From assembly GCA_944385365.1 (NCBI GenBank), contig CALWWW010000004.1, forward strand, positions 7,297 through 71,296: 64,000 bases of DNA, read 5' to 3'. The position numbers were made by a program, and so were the translations under genes. The stretch comes from an uncultured Oscillospiraceae bacterium (GTDB lineage Bacteria; Bacillota; Clostridia; Oscillospirales; Oscillospiraceae). The notes beneath the pieces are model-generated. The model saw nothing but the letters and a program-made list of their open reading frames with translations, searched no databases and had not been told where the DNA came from. Shown here piece by piece: positions 28,314-37,100 of the stretch; position 1 is the stretch's first letter; every line of letters starts with the position of its first letter.

Positions 28314-30580
28314 AGCGGTTTTGTGCCCTGCTGGCCAAGGACTTGCGGCTGTTTTTTCGCCGGTCCGGCGTGGTGTCTATGGCGCTGTCTCTGGTGCTGC
28401 TGGGTGCCCTGGCCCTGGGCGGCGGCGATCTGAGCCGGGGGGCCTATGTGGAGCCCTTCCCCATTGCGGTCCGGGACGAGGACCAAACGTTGATGTCCGC
28501 CTCCCTCATGGGACAGATGAAGCAGGTGGAACTGTTTTCTGAGATCATTGACGGCGGAAGCGCCACCGACGCATCGTTGATGGCCCGGGGCGCGGCCGCC
28601 GTTGTCACCATTCCCAAGGATTTTTTCTACGACCTCTACACCATGGAGCCGGTGAACGTGGAACTGGCCCTCAACGAGGACATGCCGCTGGAATCGAGCC
28701 TGATCCGCGCCGTGTTTACCTCGGTTATGGATATTATCGCTGCCAATGAAAGCGTCCATCTGGCGGTCTATGACTTCTGCTACGGCCCGCTGGACCAGCA
28801 GGAGCAGGCCCAGCTGTGGGAGGAGTTTTCCAACCGGCTGCTGCGGGATGCATTGGGGCGGCAGCTGGTCTTTGATACGGAGTTGATGGCCAACGACACC
28901 GCCGATACGGTGCAATCGGCCTTACGGCTGTGCGCCCTGTCCATGCTGTGCCTGTTCTTTCCCATGGCGTCGGTGCAGGCAGTTCCCGCCGAACGGGACA
29001 CGGGCCTGCTGGCCCGGTATCGGGCCGCCGGTGGGTCCATGCTGCCTTTCTTACTGGCCAAACTGGTGACTGGACTGCTGCTGACGCTGCCCACGCTGGC
29101 GGTGGTCCTGGCGCTTTTCTGCCGGGAAATTCTGCTGCGGTCGCTGCTGACGGTGCTCCTGGTGTATGTGGGAGCCTGGGGCGTGCTGCTGGTGTTGGCG
29201 GTGACGGCCAGGGACGGCGCGGCGGCACAGCGGCGGGGCAATGTGTTTTTGCTGCTGAATCTGCTGGTTGGCGGCGCGGTCTATCCCCTGTCACTGCTGC
29301 CCGACTGGCTCCATGGGGCGGCGCGGCTGACGCTGCCCTATCAGCTGGCCGTGGGCCTGGAGACGGGCCTCTCCCCTGCCATGCTGTGGCCCCTGGCCCT
29401 GGGAGTGGGCGGGATGCTGTGGTCCTGGCGGCAGTTGGAGCACAGTCTGGCAGTGGACCGGCGAAGCCGGGCCAGGTTGGAGATGCCGCTGCCGCCGGGC
29501 CGGTGGGCGGGACCGACGGCCTTGAAAAGTCGGGCCATGTCCGGCGGGGTGTTGGGCGTGCTCGCCCTGTGCGCCGTGGCGCTGCTCTGCGGCGCGGTGT
29601 CCCGTCAGGCCACCAGCAATTCCACGCCAGGGGCCTTGACGGTGGCCGTGGTGCAGGAGGACCAAAGCCCTCAGGCCACCGACCTGTTGGAGCGGCTGGA
29701 ACAGGTGGAGGGATTGGCCCTGCATCCGGTGGAGCGGAACAAAACCGCGTCCGTTCTCCGCTGGGGCGACGCCGAAGGCGTGCTTACCATTGGCGAGGGC
29801 TATGGAACGGCCCTGGCAGACGGAGAACCGCCGCCCCTGTCCTATGAAAGCGCCGCGGCGGCGGCTTCCAATCAGGCGGCCAGAGAGATCGTGGCCGGAC
29901 AGGTGACAGCCCAACGGGCACGGCTGCGGGGGTTAGACGATACGGAATGGCTGCTGGAACGCCCTTTGACAGCGGAAGAGGAGACAGAACTGCTGGCGGC
30001 CATGGACCGGCGGTATGAGGAGCTGCCGCCCCTCTATGCGGTGACAGCCGGAGCGGGTGCGGCGGCTCCCTGGAGCGCCACGGCTCCGCCCCTGGGCGGT
30101 ACATTGCTGCTGATTCTCTTTACTCTGCTGACCTGGGGGGCGTGGATGGCCCGCCCCGACGCGGTGCGGGTGGAACAGCGGATGGCGTCGGTCCACGGGG
30201 GCCGGAGATTGTCCTATGGAACGGACCTCCTGAGCCTGTGGCTTACGGGGGCCGTGGTGGGCGGCCTGTCCTTGTGCGCTCTGGGGGTGGAACCGGCGGA
30301 CTGGCTTTCTGTGGGGGCCTATGTGCTGGCCGTGGGCGCGGTGGTCCGGGCTGTGACACGTCTGGCGGGCGTCGGGGGCCGGGTGGATTTGCTGGCCCCG
30401 TTCCTGGCCCTGATTACTTCCCTGCTGGGCGGCTGTTTCTGCCCGCTGGACCAGTTTTCTCCCTGGCTGGAACGGCTGTCGTGGCTGACACCCCAGGGAC
30501 TGGCCTTGCAGGGCTGCTGGCCGGTACTGCTGGCGGTCACAGTGGTATTCCTGTGGTTGGGACGGCCCAAAACGCATTAA
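28310..30580 (+). CDS. ABC-2 type permease with two fused permease modules
   Basis: About 756 aa with two repeats of TM1, a periplasm-like domain (IAVRDEDQT; VAVVQEDQS) and a TM bundle with GGAVYPL / GGCFCPL motifs. Confidence 0.8.
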   Translation: MKRFCALLAKDLRLFFRRSGVVSMALSLVLLGALALGGGDLSRGAYVEPFPIAVRDEDQTLMSASLMGQMKQVELFSEIIDGGSATDASLMARGAAAVVTIPKDFFYDLYTMEPVNVELALNEDMPLESSLIRAVFTSVMDIIAANESVHLAVYDFCYGPLDQQEQAQLWEEFSNRLLRDALGRQLVFDTELMANDTADTVQSALRLCALSMLCLFFPMASVQAVPAERDTGLLARYRAAGGSMLPFLLAKLVTGLLLTLPTLAVVLALFCREILLRSLLTVLLVYVGAWGVLLVLAVTARDGAAAQRRGNVFLLLNLLVGGAVYPLSLLPDWLHGAARLTLPYQLAVGLETGLSPAMLWPLALGVGGMLWSWRQLEHSLAVDRRSRARLEMPLPPGRWAGPTALKSRAMSGGVLGVLALCAVALLCGAVSRQATSNSTPGALTVAVVQEDQSPQATDLLERLEQVEGLALHPVERNKTASVLRWGDAEGVLTIGEGYGTALADGEPPPLSYESAAAAASNQAAREIVAGQVTAQRARLRGLDDTEWLLERPLTAEEETELLAAMDRRYEELPPLYAVTAGAGAAAPWSATAPPLGGTLLLILFTLLTWGAWMARPDAVRVEQRMASVHGGRRLSYGTDLLSLWLTGAVVGGLSLCALGVEPADWLSVGAYVLAVGAVVRAVTRLAGVGGRVDLLAPFLALITSLLGGCFCPLDQFSPWLERLSWLTPQGLALQGCWPVLLAVTVVFLWLGRPKTH

Positions 30581-30593
30581 AAAAATACATACG

Positions 30594-30630
30594 AAAACGC
30601 CGTGGACGGTCAGATGTCCACGGCGTTTTT
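30594..30630. terminator. Bidirectional terminator
   Basis: AAAACGCCGTGGAC/GTCCACGGCGTTTT between convergent genes. Confidence 0.7.
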
Positions 30631-30634
30631 CTCG

Positions 30635-31033
30635 TCAGGCGATGGGCTCGGTGACGGGCGGGGTGACAGATTCGGTGACGGGCGGAACAACAGGCTCGGT
30701 GACAGGCGGCGTCACAGGCTCGGTTACAGGCTGTGCCTGCTCGGCCAGATCCACCGTATCCTCCATCTTCATGCTCAGCAGCATCTGATTCTTGATGACA
30801 TTGCGCACCATCTTGCTGGCCAGCTTGTTGGTCTCCAGAATGTCGTTCATGCTGGAAGCCTGCCCGCCGGCGGTTTCCAGCGTGCCCAGGGCAAACTGGA
30901 TTTTCTCGGCTTCGGCGTTGAGGATGTGAGCCAGGGACAGCTCCTCCATACCGATGGAAGAAAGAATGATGTTGACGGCGTCATCACGGCTGACGCTGAT
31001 CTGAGGATTCAGATTGGGGATATTGGGCATAGA
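30635..31033 (-). CDS. Conserved hypothetical protein, probably spore-surface associated, with a PVTE/PVTP repeat tail
   Basis: MSMPNIPNLNP...AVNIILSSIGMEELSLAHILNAEAEKIQ, a pattern I recognise from endospore-former hypothetical proteins. C-terminal tandem repeats. Confidence 0.6.
   Translation of the reverse strand, partial: SMPNIPNLNPQISVSRDDAVNIILSSIGMEELSLAHILNAEAEKIQFALGTLETAGGQASSMNDILETNKLASKMVRNVIKNQMLLSMKMEDTVDLAEQAQPVTEPVTPPVTEPVVPPVTESVTPPVTEPIA
30646..30735 (-). repeat. Imperfect in-frame 12-nt tandem repeat encoding PVTEPVTPPVTEPVVPPVTESVTPPVTEP
   Basis: Recurrent GGTGAC(A/G)GG units on the + strand. Confidence 0.75.
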
Positions 31034-31095
31034 CATGGGGGTATCCACTCCGTTTCCAAGGATAATTCCGCGGCACGGACTGCCGCGGTCGTACT

Positions 31096-31124
31096 ATTCT
31101 ATGGAATCGGGCGGCAATGGGTGC
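31096..31124 (-). promoter_or_regulatory. Putative sigma-K promoter
   Basis: Minus strand GCACC, then CATAGAATA; this gives AC-17 nt-CATAnnnT, the B. subtilis sigma-K pattern. Confidence 0.55.
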
Positions 31125-31132
31125 CTGTCCCG

Positions 31133-32422
31133 TCAATGTTTTTGACCGGCGTGATGGTGGGTGGTCCGAACGTTGATGTACTGGGCCTTGAGCTTGGAAT
31201 AGAGAATGGTCTGGCTGGAGTACAGCCCGTCATAACCGGACAGGACGTAGCTGATGGCGCAGGCGGCGGCGAAGTACAGCAGGCCGCCGTCGCCGAAGAG
31301 CTCCACCGACAGGAAAATGGAGGCCAACGGGCAGTTGGTGACGCCGCAGAACACGGCCACCAGACCGACAGCGGCGGAGAATCCAGCCGGTAACCCCAGC
31401 AGCGGCCCCACGGCACAGCCGAAGGTGGCTCCAACAAAGAAGGACGGCACCACTTCGCCGCCTTTGAACCCGGCGGCCAGCGTCACGGCGGTAAAAATCA
31501 TTTTTAGCAGAAAGGCCTCGGGCCGGACGGTCCCCTGCTCCACGGCGGCGGTAATGACGTTCATACCCGCGCCGTTATAGTCCCTCGTTCCGCACAGCAG
31601 CGTCAGAGCGATGACGGCCACACCGCCCAGGACCACCCGCAGCCACGGGTTGGGGATGCGGTGCTTCAGCAGATGTTCCGTCCCATGGAGAATGCGGCAG
31701 AACAGCAGGGCCACCAGACCGCAGCCCACAGCCAGAATAGCCACCTGAATCAGAGGAACGGCGGCCAGTGCCGGCGCTGCCACCGTAAACCGGGTGGGGG
31801 CAACGCCCAGTTTGACGGAAATCCAGTAGGCCACCAGGGAGGCCGTCAGACAGGGAATAAACGCCGCATGATAAAGGACGCCGATGCTGATTACCACGAT
31901 GGCGAAGACCGAGGCCGTCAGAGGCGTACCGAAGAGGGCCGAGAAAAAGGCTGCCATACCGCAGAGGGTGGCCGTCCGCAGGTCCCGGTCATCCAGATGG
32001 AACAGCCGACCCACGTTCCAGCCCACGGTGCCGCCCATCTGTAACGCCGCGCCCTCTCGTCCGGCCGAGCCGCCGCACAGATGGGTCAGCATGGTGCCCG
32101 CAAAGATGGCGGGCAGCAGCCGGATGGTCAGGGGCTTGCCGTGGTGGACGGCTTCAATGATGTCGTTGGTGCCCAACCCCTCGGCCCGCAGCAGCCGGTA
32201 CAGGCCCACAATGGCCAGACCGGCCAGGGGCAGACAGAACAGCAGCCAAGGCCGGGCGGTCCGCAGAACCTCAGCCTCGTGAATGCCCATGTGAAAGGCC
32301 GTGCCGATCAGGCCGCAGAAGCTGCCCACCACCACAGCCAGCGTCAGCCATTTGGCCAGGGCGATCAAATACAGACGGGTGTGCCCCACCCATTGACAGA
32401 ACCGATTCCAGTAGGTACCCAT
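31133..32422 (-). CDS. ClC-family chloride/fluoride channel or antiporter
   Basis: GLGTNDII, GGSAGREGAALQMG, GFKGGEVVPSFF, GLYSSQ. Start placed at MGTYWNRF. Confidence 0.88.
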   Translation of the reverse strand: MGTYWNRFCQWVGHTRLYLIALAKWLTLAVVVGSFCGLIGTAFHMGIHEAEVLRTARPWLLFCLPLAGLAIVGLYRLLRAEGLGTNDIIEAVHHGKPLTIRLLPAIFAGTMLTHLCGGSAGREGAALQMGGTVGWNVGRLFHLDDRDLRTATLCGMAAFFSALFGTPLTASVFAIVVISIGVLYHAAFIPCLTASLVAYWISVKLGVAPTRFTVAAPALAAVPLIQVAILAVGCGLVALLFCRILHGTEHLLKHRIPNPWLRVVLGGVAVIALTLLCGTRDYNGAGMNVITAAVEQGTVRPEAFLLKMIFTAVTLAAGFKGGEVVPSFFVGATFGCAVGPLLGLPAGFSAAVGLVAVFCGVTNCPLASIFLSVELFGDGGLLYFAAACAISYVLSGYDGLYSSQTILYSKLKAQYINVRTTHHHAGQKH

Positions 32423-32460
32423 GGTTTTTTTATTCTCCTTCCGCGCCGTCATAGGGCGGC

Positions 32461-32498
32461 AAAAATAACCCAGGGGGACCGCTGGGCGGTCCCCCTGG
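32461..32498 (-). terminator. Terminator downstream of the Mop/TOBE gene
   Basis: CCAGGGGGACCGC/GCGGTCCCCCTGG stem with TTATTTTT on the minus strand. Confidence 0.65.
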
Positions 32499-32516
32499 AT
32501 GTGGCCGTCCGGCGGA

Positions 32517-32729
32517 TCAGTGATCCACACCCACCATGACGGAGGTAGCCTTGATAATAGCGTAGGCCTCGCCGCCCACCTTCAGGCCCAACTCCCGGAT
32601 GGAACCCATGGAGATGGTGGAGGTGATGATGTTGCCGCCGCCGATATCAATGCGGACAATGCCGTTGACAGCGCCTTCCTCGATGGCAACAACGGTGCCC
32701 TTGAACTGGTTTCTTGCACTGAGTTTCAT
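32517..32729 (-). CDS. Molybdate/tungstate-binding Mop (molbindin, single TOBE domain)
   Basis: 70 aa; MKLSARNQFKGTV...ITSTISMGSIRELGLKVG...AIIKATSVMV. Confidence 0.9.
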   Translation of the reverse strand: MKLSARNQFKGTVVAIEEGAVNGIVRIDIGGGNIITSTISMGSIRELGLKVGGEAYAIIKATSVMVGVDH

Positions 32730-32785
32730 ATCGATACGCTCCTGTAGAATGCAATCAGAATTGACCGCGGAATTGCGGCAGTCCG

Positions 32786-32814
32786 ATTATATACAATCTG
32801 AGGGCGTTTCGCAA
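32786..32814 (-). promoter_or_regulatory. Putative sigma-A promoter of the Mop gene
   Basis: Minus strand TTGCGA-17 nt-TATAAT. Confidence 0.55.
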
Positions 32815-32843
32815 GGAAAATATGTGGAAACAGATGACAGGTA

Positions 32844-34016
32844 TTATTTGGAAGGCTTGGCCGGTTTTTTCGGGGACGAACGGGTCAGCAGCAGCGCCGC
32901 GAAGAGGGAGACCAGGGGCACCGTCAACAGAATGCCGACAGAACCGGAAATACTCTGAATCAGTTCTATGGCCATGGCGTCGCTGTTGAAAATCTGAATC
33001 ATAGGGTATCCGTAGACCTGAAACAGCAGCAGCAGATTAAAGGACGCGCCCGCAAAGGCCAGAATCAGCGTATTTGCCATGGTGCCCATGGCGTCGCGGC
33101 CGATGTTCATGCCGGACCGGAACAGCCGTCCGGCGGTAATTTTGGGGTCCAGCGCCAGCAATTCGCTGCACGCCGAGGAAATGGACATGGCCACATCCAT
33201 GACCGCGCCCAGGGAGGCGATGAGAATGCCGCTGATTAAAAGGCCACGAATTTCCAGAGGCTGTTCTCCGGCCCGGAGCACCAAATCCTCCGCTTCGCCC
33301 ATGTTAAACCCGCTGATGGGGGTGATTTTACCAACAATCCATGCGAAGAGACCGGCGGCGGCCACGCCGCAGATACAGCCCAGACCGGCGCACAGGGTTT
33401 TCCGGGAAAATCCCGTCAGCAGCAGCAGAGAAGCCGCCGCCGTCAGCGCCGCCACGGCTACCGCCGACGGAATGGGCGGCGCGCCCCGCAGCACCATGGG
33501 AATCAGCAGGAACCAGACGCCCGCCAGGGTGTAAAGGAGACCCAGCAGCGCCATAACGCCCTTTTTGCCGCCGATGAGCACGAGAATCAGCGCAAAGACG
33601 CCCACCATGGCAAGGAGCACTGTCCCCCGGTCATAGTTGGGAATGGAGAGCACATAGGGATTTCCGGCGTCGTCCAGGTCCAGCCGGACGATGACCCGGG
33701 TCCCCACCTGGCAGTCCACATTGGCGTAGGCGCTGAGGTAGTTGACGGCCTGGAGGACGGCGCCCTTGTAGGGCCCCCGGAGGATCTCCAGTTCCAGCTG
33801 CTGCGCACCCAACCGCAGCCCCTCGCTCCACGGCTCCGGCTGGGCGTTGTCCGCCAGAATGGCCGTCACCTTGGCCGGTGCAAACAGCCGCTTTTGTGCG
33901 GCGGTCAGTTCTGTCGGCTCCTGCCGCAAAAACAGGCCGCCCAAAAGCAGCAGCAAAAACAGCAGCAGGCCCACGCCTGCGCCCGCCAGACGGCGGGGTG
34001 TAAGTTTACCGGCCAT
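32844..34016 (-). CDS. YibE/F-family membrane protein
   Basis: N-terminal TM, a small OB-like soluble domain, then a TM bundle with GILIASLGAVMDVAMSISS and SGMNIGRDAMGTMANTLILAFAG. Confidence 0.88.
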   Translation of the reverse strand: MAGKLTPRRLAGAGVGLLLFLLLLLGGLFLRQEPTELTAAQKRLFAPAKVTAILADNAQPEPWSEGLRLGAQQLELEILRGPYKGAVLQAVNYLSAYANVDCQVGTRVIVRLDLDDAGNPYVLSIPNYDRGTVLLAMVGVFALILVLIGGKKGVMALLGLLYTLAGVWFLLIPMVLRGAPPIPSAVAVAALTAAASLLLLTGFSRKTLCAGLGCICGVAAAGLFAWIVGKITPISGFNMGEAEDLVLRAGEQPLEIRGLLISGILIASLGAVMDVAMSISSACSELLALDPKITAGRLFRSGMNIGRDAMGTMANTLILAFAGASFNLLLLFQVYGYPMIQIFNSDAMAIELIQSISGSVGILLTVPLVSLFAALLLTRSSPKKPAKPSK

Positions 34017-34170
34017 TGACATGCTCCTCTCTCTCAATACGGTTCCGCGCAAACACGGAAAAACGGCCCATCCGGCTGCGCCGGTAAAACCGACGCAGCC
34101 GGGAAAGGGGGTACACTATGGGGGTGCTATGGGAAATTCTGTACAAACACGGACCGTGTTTGTGTGTGCA

Positions 34171-37100
34171 TCAGGACGGCTGTACCGTCATGACAAACCG
34201 GGTCAGAATGGCGGCCACCTGCTCCCGGGTAGCCAATGTGCCGGGGCTCAGCTGATTGCTGCCGGAACCCTGAATCAGACCCTGTTCCACCGCCCAGGCC
34301 ATGGGAGTTTGGGCCCAATCGCTGACGGTGTGGCTGTCGGAGTAGCCGCTCAGATTGTAATCAACGGCGGGGCTGCCGGCGTAACGCCAAAGCATGGTGA
34401 CCAGCTGTTCTCTCGTGTGCGGGGCGTCCACGTTGGTGCCGTCGGAGATGCCGGAGGCCATGGCCCACGTTCTGCCCGCCTCATACCAGGTGGAGCCGGA
34501 AGTGGTGTCCACGCCGTCCATGCGGGCCAGAACGGTCCAAAGCATACCGCGGGTCATGTCCGCGCCGGGCGAGAAGGTGGTATTGCTGGTGCCGTTAAAC
34601 AGCTGACGGCTGGTGACGAAGTCGATGGAATCGCTGGACCAGTGGGCGGCGGGGATATCCGCAAAGGTCCGGGCATTGTCCACCAGCTTCACCGTATCGC
34701 CGTCGGACAGGGACACGGTTACGCCGTTATCGGAGGGGATGGTATTGCGCAGAAGCTCCAGACTGCCATCGGCCTTTTGCAGCATGGCCACCGTACCGTA
34801 ACCGGCGTCCTTCACGGGAATCTCCACGGCAACATTCTTCTTGCCGCTCAGATCTACCGTGACTGCGGGGGCCTGCCGGGCGTTGGCAGACGCGGTAAGC
34901 GTGGGCAGCGGCAGAGATACCGACCGATTCCGGGAGACGGCGGAGGATACCACATCGGCGGGGATATGCACCTGTGCCGTGGTCTGACCGCCGGTGGTGA
35001 CGGTGGTGGAGGAAGCGCCGTTGGCTTCTTTACGCGTGGTGGTAACCGTGCCGTCGGCTTTGCGCTCCACCGCCTGGGAAGAACCGTCGGGGCGCTTGGT
35101 GGTGTCGATCACGGTGCCGTCGGGCTTGGTCTCCACCGACTGGGAGGTGCCGTCGGGACGCTTGGTGGTGTTGATCACCGTGCCGTCAGACTTGGTCACC
35201 GTGGTGGTGGTGGAACCGTCGGGATTTTTGACGGTCTCCGTCTTGTCACTGGAGGAAGAGCCGCCGCTGCTGGAGGAGGAGCCGCCCGAGCTGGAACCGC
35301 CGCCGCCGGAGGGCACATCGGTGCAGACCACGTCGGCACGGTTACGGATGCGGATACGGGCCGGTTCTCCGGCAAAGGACGTATCGTAGGAGGCCAGGCC
35401 GGTGGCAATGATGGAGCGGCCCTCGCGCAGCCCCTGCACCTCGGCGTCCTTGGTGATATAGCCGTCGATGAAGACGCGGCCAATGGTTCCGGCGCTGTCA
35501 CGCACCAGAATGGTCTGAATCAGACCGTTGGCGGATTCAAACGATACCACGGTACCGCGCAGAGTGACGAGACTGCCCAGATAGGAACGGTCGTTCAGCT
35601 GTGCGGCGGTGATCTCCCTGGGAGTGGGCACGGTTCCGGTGCCCACCTTGGTGATGGAGGAGACGGCAATCTGCCGCTCGCCCTGATAGGACGAGGTGGT
35701 GCCGGTGATCCGGACCCGGTCGCCGATCTGGAAGTTGCCCGCCACGGGGAAGGCGTTGATACCGGCGGTGCCGTCCTGCAAATAGATGCAGTCAAAGAAG
35801 GCGGTGTTCTTGTCGTAGCCGGAGGCGTTGGACGTGACGATGCCCTCGATGGTGTACTTGACGCCCTCATTCTTTTGGGCCTGAACTTCCGAAATGGGGC
35901 TGATGGTGGTGGGATTGATGTAGTTTACGAGATTTTCGCAGATGGTGTAGTTGGAATAGTTCTTTTCCGCGGCGGAGTCCACCTGGGCCTGAACCTCGAA
36001 GTTGGACAGGAACGCCGCGCCGGAAACCACGATGAGACCCTGACCGGGCAGTTCCTCGGTGGCCAGAATCATCAGACGGTTATCGCCGTCGGCCACGGGA
36101 TAGGTGGGCACGGCATCGCCGCTGACGCCTACCTGGTCGCTGTCCTTGGAGTAGGTGCTGCTGTGGCCGTAAACCACGGGAGAAACCGTCTCCGGCAGCA
36201 TGGCCGTGGGCTGTCCGGAGGCATCCACCGCGTAGATGGACGCGCCGCCGTACTGGCTGAACCGCTGGGAATACTTGTTGTCGTTGGGATGGGCGGCGTC
36301 AAACTCCACGCCGTTCATCAGGAAGTGCTCCCAGTTGTAGGTGGAGAAGTAAAGCCGTTGGGGCTGGCCGCCGTTGAGGGCGTCATCCATGGTGGCATCG
36401 TCGCTGATGCGCAGAGAGGAACCCAGTGCCGCCAGAATCTTGTTCTGCTGAGCAGCCATGTGATCCGCTTCCGGGAACGGCTTGTAGTTCTCATAGTAGT
36501 CCGACCAACCGGCCAGAACCACCATGCCGCCTGCGGCGTTAAACGCCTTCAATGCGGCGATTTCCTCGTCGCGGTAGTTGTCGTAGGGATCGCGCAGGGC
36601 GTCGCCGACACGGCGGGTAGGTGCGGTAAGCACAATGGCCCGATACTTGCCGTTGGCATTTTCGCAGGCGGCCAACAGGTCCGCGCTGGTGTTCAGCTCC
36701 ACCGTGCGCACGGCATATCCGGCAGCCAGGGCGCTGAAGTTGCCCATGGACTTGCTGTAGTTGCCGTTGACGTACTCATTGTGATGGGAGGCGTCGATGC
36801 CCACATAGACCAGTCTGGCCGCGTCCAGGACATCCAGCGTGATGTCGCTGGTGTAGGTGAACTCCTTCCCATCCTGTACCAGGGTGACTGCCACAGTGAT
36901 GGTGGTCAGGCGGGCTTCGGTGGGTACAAAGGCCCAGCTGACAGTCTGCGTGGAGGAAGCAGCCAGTTCACCCAGACCGGTCTGGGTGCCCAGAACCGTA
37001 CCATTGCTGGTGTAGGTGATGGACTGGATGGTAGCGGGAGACGTCTCACTGTTGAACAGGTTGGTTTTCAGCTCCACAGCCTCGCCGGTGACGGGGATGG

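Noticed and set aside
32423-32516. Fluoride (crcB) riboswitch upstream of the ClC gene
   Set aside because: No match by eye to the crcB consensus; only the Mop terminator is seen.
32783-32800. ModE operator upstream of the Mop gene
   Set aside because: Only a partial half-site (CGATTATATA) with no symmetric partner; it is better explained as the -10 element.
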